In this document: positions 57,901 through 64,000 of the stretch, piece by piece
How positions within the stretch are numbered: position 1 is the stretch's first letter
Layout: each line of letters begins with the position of its first letter
Assembly: GCF_009914755.1 (NCBI RefSeq)
Contig: NC_060938.1
DNA length: 64,000 nucleotides
Reading direction: 5' to 3' (one strand)
Source: the human T2T-CHM13v2.0 reference genome, Homo sapiens
Made by a program: the position numbers and the translations under genes
Notes under the pieces: generated by a model
What the model saw: only the letters and a program-made list of their open reading frames with translations
Databases searched by the model: none
What the model was told of the DNA's origin: nothing

Positions 57901-59366
57901 GGCTTTTACTCTGTTGAGGTATGTTTCTTCTATACCCAGTTTTTTTTTTTTAGGGTTTTATCATGAAGAGATGTTGAATGTTAACAAATGCTTTTTCAGC
58001 ATTGATTGAAATGATCATATGATTTTTGTCCTTCATTCTGTTGATATGTTTTATCACATGGATTGATGTGCATATGTTGAGCCATCCTTGCAGCCCTGGG
58101 ATAAATCTGACTTGGTCATGATGAATGATCTTTTTAATGTCTTCTTAAATTTGGTTTGCTAGTAGTTGCTGAGAATTTTTGCATCAGTGTTCATCAGGAA
58201 TATTAGCCTGTAGTTTTCTTTTCTTGATGTGTATTTGTCTGGCTTTGGTATCAGGGTAATACTGTCCTCATAGGATAAGTATGAAAGTATTTCCTCCTCT
58301 TGTACTTTTTTTATAGATTGAGTAGGATTCATATTCTTCTTTAAATGTTTGTTAAAATTCAGCAATAAAGCCATCAGATTCTGGGCTTTTTTTTTTTTTT
58401 TTTTTTTGCTGGGAGACTTTTTATTATGGCTTTGATCTCATTTGTTATTGGTCTGTTCAGAGTTTGTATTTCTTCATGGGTCAGTCTTAATAAGTTGTAT
58501 GTGTCTAGGAATTTATCAATGTATTCTGGGTTTTTCAATTTATTGACATGTAGTTGCTTATAGTGGCCTCTAGTGATCTTTTGAATTTTTGCCTTATCAG
58601 TTGTAATATCTCATTTTTAACCTGTGATTTTATTTATTTGGGTCTTCTCTCTTTTTTCCTTAGTTGTTTGGGCTAAAGGTTTGTCTATTTATCTTTTTAA
58701 AAAACTAACTTTTTGTTTTGTTGATTTTTAATTTTAATTTTATTTATTTTTGCTCTGATCTTTATTATATCTTTTCTTCTATTAATTTTGAGTTTGGTTT
58801 GCTCTTGCTTTTCTAGTTCTTTAAGGTGCATGGCTCTATTGTTTATTTGAAGTTGTTTTACTTTTATATATATGTGCTTATAGCTATAAATTTCCCTCTT
58901 AGTACTGCTTTTGCTTTATCCCATAGATTCTGGTATGTTGTGTTTTCATTATCATTTATTTCAAGAAAATTTTGTTTTCTTCTTAACTTCTTCATTTACC
59001 CACTGGTCATCCAGGAGTATATTGTTTTAATTTCCATGTGTTTGTATACTTTTCAAAATTTCTTTTGTTACCAATTTCTAGTTTTATTCCATTGTGTTCA
59101 GAGAAGATACTAGGTATTATTTCAATTTTTTTAAATGTTTTAAGACTTGCTTTGTGGCCTAACATGGGCTATCCTTGAGAATGATCCATGTGTTGAGGAG
59201 AAGAACATGCATTCTGCAGTCATTGGATGAAATGTTCTGTAAATATCTGTTAGGTCCATTTGATCTGCAGTGTACATTTAGTCTGATGTTTCTTTGTTGA
59301 TTTTTGGTCTAGATGATCTGTCCAATGCTGAGAGTGGGGTGTTAAAGTTTCTACGTATTATCGTAT

Positions 59367-59474
59367 TGCCCGGCTAATTTTTATATTTTTAGTATAGACG
59401 GGGTTTCACCATGTTGGCCAGGCTGGTCTAGAACTTTTGACCTCGTGATCCATCCACCTCGGCCTCCCAAGGTG
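59367..59474 (-). mobile_element. Tailless 108-bp internal Alu fragment inside L1 ORF2
   Basis: Alu linker plus most of left arm only; near-identical to 61422-61529. Confidence 0.9.
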
Positions 59475-61206
59475 TCTTGTATTGTATTGTATTGGGATCT
59501 ATCTCTCTCTTTAGCTTTGATAATATTTGCTTTATATATCTGGGTGCTCCAGTGTTGAGTGCGTATATATTTATAATTGTTATATCTTCTTGTGGAACTG
59601 ACCTCTTTATCATTACATAATGTTTGTTTTTATCTCTTTCTACAATTTTTGTATTGAAATCTATTTCATCTGATATAAGTATAGTTACTCCTGCCCTTTT
59701 TTAGTTTCCATTTGCCTGGGTTATCTTCTTCCGTTCCTTTATTTTTAGTTTATGTGTGTCTTTATAGGTGAATTATGTTTCTTATAGGCAACAGATAATT
59801 GGGTCTTATTTTTTAAAATCCATTCAGCCGCTATATGTCTTTTGATTGGAGAGGTTAGTCCATTTTCATTCAATGTTATTGATAAGTAAGGACTTACTCC
59901 TGCCATTTTGTTATTTGTTTTTGGGTTGTTTCCTAGTCTTCTCATCCTTCTCTCCTTCCTTCCTGTCTTCCTTTTATTGAAGGTGATTTTCTCTGGTGGA
60001 ATGTTTTAATTTCTCACTTTTTACTTTTTGTGTATTGATTGTATGTGTTTTGATTTGAGATTACCGTGAGGCTTGCACATTTATATTTTATAACCCATTA
60101 TTTTAAACTGATGACAACTTAACACTGATTGCATAAAAATAATAAAATCTCTACATCTTAACTTCCTCCCATCACTTTTTAACTTTTTGTTGTTTGTATT
60201 TATAAATTTTGTACTGTTTGTCTTGAAAAGTTTTTGTATTCATTATTTTTGATAGGTTCATCTTTTAGTCTTTCTACTCAAGGTAGGAGTTTACATACCA
60301 TAATTACAGTGTTATAATGTTGTGTGATTTTTTTGTGTACTTACTATGACTAGTGAGTTTTGTACCTTCAGATGATTTCTTATTGCTCGTTTTCTTTCAG
60401 AAAAAAAAATTTCTTTCTGAAAAGAAAGAAAAGTATTTCTCCTTTTCTTTCAGACTGAATAACTCCCTTTAGCATTTCTTGTAGGACAGGTCCGATGTTG
60501 ATGAAATCTCCTTCAGGTTTTGTTTGTCTGGGAAAGGCTTTATTTCTTCTTCATGTTTGAAGGATATTTTCACTGGATTTTCAATGCTAGGGTAAAAACA
60601 ACTTTTTTCCTTCAGCATTTTATATATGCCATACCACTCTCTCCTGACCTGTAAGGTCTCCACTGAAAAGTCTGCTGCCAGACATATTGAAGCTACATTG
60701 TATGTTATTTGTTTCTTTTGTGTGTGTGTGCTTTTAAGATCGTTTCTTTATCTTTGACTTTTAGGAGTTTGATTATTAAATGTCTTGAGGTTGTCTTATT
60801 TGGGTGAAATCCACCTGGCGATTTGTAACCTTCTTATACTTTAATATTGCTATTTTTCTCTAGGTTTGTGAAATTCTTTGTTATTATCCCTTTGAATAAA
60901 CTTTCTACCTTTATCTCTCTATTTCTTCTTTAAGGCCAATCACTCTTAGATTTGTCCTTTTGATGCCATTTTCTCAATCTTGTAGGCATGCTCCATTCTT
61001 TTTTTGTTCTTATCTTTTGTCTCCTGGGATTATGTGTTTTCAAATAGCCTGTCTTCAAGCTCACCAATCCTTTCTTCTGCTTGATCAGTTCTGCTATTAG
61101 AGACTCTGATGCATTCTTTGGTATGTCAGTTGCATTTTTCAACTCCAGAACTTCTGCTTGATTTTTAAAAAATTATTTCAATCTTTTTGTTAAATTTATC
61201 TGGTAG

Positions 61207-61560
<354 letters not shown>

Positions 61561-64000
61561 TCAAAATAGCTATTTTGAATTCTCTATCTGAAAAGTCACA
61601 TATCCCTTTCTCTCCAGGATTGGTCCCTGGTGCCTTATTTAGTTCTTTTGGTAAGGTCATGTTTTCCTGGATGGTCTTGAGGCTTGTGGATGTTCATCAG
61701 TGTCTGGAAATTGCAAAATTAGGTATTTATTGTAGTCTTTGTAGTCTGGGCTTGTTTGTATCTATCCTTGTTGGGAAGGCTTTCCAAGTATTTGTAGGAA
61801 CTTGGGTGTCATGATCTATGTTTTTGGTCACTGCTGCCACATCTGCATTAGAGGGCACCCCAAGCTCAGTAACGCTGTGGCTCTTGCAGACTCTGGCAGG
61901 TGGTTTTGGATAAGATCTGGATGAATTCTCTGGCTTACCTGGCAGATACTCTTGTTTTCTTCCCTACTTTCTCCCAGACAAATGGAGTCTCTCTCTCTCT
62001 GTGCTGAACTGCCTGGAACTGGTTGAGGGATGATACAAGCAACCCTGTGGCCATGATCACTGGGACTTAGCTGGGTCAGATCTGAAACCAACACTGCACT
62101 GGGTCTTACCAAAGCCCACTGTAACAACTCTCTGCTCATGTTCACTCAAGACCCTAGGGCTTTACAAACAGCAGATGGTAAAGCCAGCCAGGCTTACGTC
62201 CTTTCCTTTAGGGTGATGAGTTCCCTCAAGCTCTGGGTGGGTCCAGAGATGTTATCTGAGAGTCAGGGCCTGGAGTTGGATATTTTAGGAATCAATCTGG
62301 TGCTCTATTATACTGCAGCTGACACCCAAGCCACAGCTAAAGTCCTTCCCACTCTTCCCTCATCTTTCCACAAGCAGAGGCCACCTCTATGGTCACCAGG
62401 ATCACAGGGCCATGGGAGTATTGCCAGGCTACTACTGATGTTCACTCAAGGCCCCAGGGCTCTTCAGTCATCTTGTGGTAAATGTTGTGAAACCTCAGAC
62501 TCACCCTTCAGGGCAGTGGGCTCCCTTCTGGCTCAGGGCAGGTCCAGCAATGCCACCCAAGAGTCAAGGCCTAGAACTGATGACCCCAAGAGCCTACTTA
62601 GTGCTCAAACCCACTGTGGTTCAGCAGGTACCTATGCTGTAAGACAAAGTCCTCTTTGCTCCTCCCTCTGCTTTTCTTAAGCAGAAGAAATCTCTCCCAG
62701 TAGTCACCAAAGCTGGTAATATGCTGGGTCATGCTTGAAGCAAGCACATCTCCGAGTCCTACCCCAGGCCAACAACATGTACTACCTGGCTTTTGGGGCT
62801 GATTATTCAGGGCCCAAGTGTGTTTTCATCAATAGCAGATGATGAATCCTTCCAGGACTGGGACCTTCTATTCAAAGCAGTGGGTTCCCTTATGGCCCAG
62901 AATGTGTCTAGAAATGTCATCTGGAACCTAGGGCCTGTATTGGGTGCCTCAGGACTCTGCCTGGTTCCTTACCCTACTGTGGCTGAGCTAGTATCCAAGT
63001 TACAACACAGAGCCCTCTTTGCTCTTCCCTCTCCTGAAGCAGAAGGAAGGAGTGTCTTTTGGAGTAGAAGCTGTTAGCTGTGCTGCCTGGGGTTGAGAGA
63101 GGGGTAGCATAAGCACTCCCTTGGCTGCCCCAGCTGGTATCTCACTAGGTTGTGTGACCCCGATCCGCTGGCTCTGAGCCCACTACAGCACTAGGGCTTG
63201 CCTAGGAGTTGCAGTCCTTGTGGCCCAGACTGCCTTTCAAGTTTATTTAGGACCCCATTGCACTCTACCCCATGGTAGCAAATTCTGGCCACTGGGATGG
63301 ACAGTCCCTCTGGCTAGGTGGTTTAAATGCTCCCTTCAAGGACATTGGCTGAGTTCTGCCTGGTGTTGCTTTCTTCTGTGACAGGGAAGCAATGAGTTCC
63401 CCTGAAAAGCCCCACAATCACTGTTCTTTCTCTCCCCTAAGTGCACAGATTCTCTATGCCATGTGGCTACTGCTGGGGGATGTGGAAGGGGTGGCATTTG
63501 CAATTCAAGACTGTCTCTCCTACTCTCTTCAGTGCCTCCTTCAGTGATATGAAGTTGAAACCAGGTACTGTAATTGCTTACCTAATTTTTGGTTCTTATA
63601 AAGGTTTTTTTTATGTGTGTGTGTGTGTATGTATAGATAGTCGTTAAATTTGGTGTTCCTGTAAGGAGGACGGTTAGTAGAGGCTTCTAGTTGGCCATCT
63701 TGCTCTGCTTCCTTCTCAGACAGAAAAAATTATGTTTGATTATGTTGTTACATCTATCTTGCTTGGACTCTTTCCCAATCCCCAACTCCACCTCACCTGC
63801 CATTTCTTCTCTTTCCACATTATAGTCATTAGAGAAAACTTAGTAGATTGTTGCTTACTAGAACCCTGGATCTTTCCCTCTGTGGGTGGGGAGGTAATCA
63901 GGTTTTGGATAGACAAATTTAAAGCAAAGACACTCTTTTGAAATAGAACTACATTCTTTACATTTGTACAATAAAAAGTACCATTTGCATGATTTCACAA

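Overview
Primate genomic DNA, almost certainly human: dense Alu, L1, MIR, L2, MaLR and MER repeats. It contains one complete protein-coding gene on the + strand, NAA30 (catalytic GNAT subunit of the NatC N-terminal acetyltransferase). A CpG-island promoter (~12.7-14.1 kb) is followed by a non-coding exon 1 (~13040-13167) and four coding exons (13420-14190, 19217-19340, 22294-22349, 31849-31986). These splice by GT-AG to 1089 nt = 362 aa + stop. The 3' UTR is long, with alternative poly(A) signals (35197, 37573, 38331). Positions 1-12 kb and 38.4-64 kb are repeat-rich intergenic DNA, ending in an inverted pair of old L1MA-type elements. I found no new gene system. The best leads are candidate regulatory layers on NAA30: an intronic uORF ending 1 nt before the AUG, an in-frame GUG extension, an internal exon-2 donor giving 288 aa, a 43-nt poison-exon candidate, AATAAA after every coding donor, and a stop-free 180-nt exon 3+4 circle. 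There are also several unusual repair or retrotransposition scars: a locally templated Alu copy, a tailless L1 with target-site-like repeats, an Alu with 61 extra 5' nt, and a 37-bp duplication around GGCCGG-polyA. Repeat subfamily calls come from recalled consensus sequences and their boundaries are approximate.
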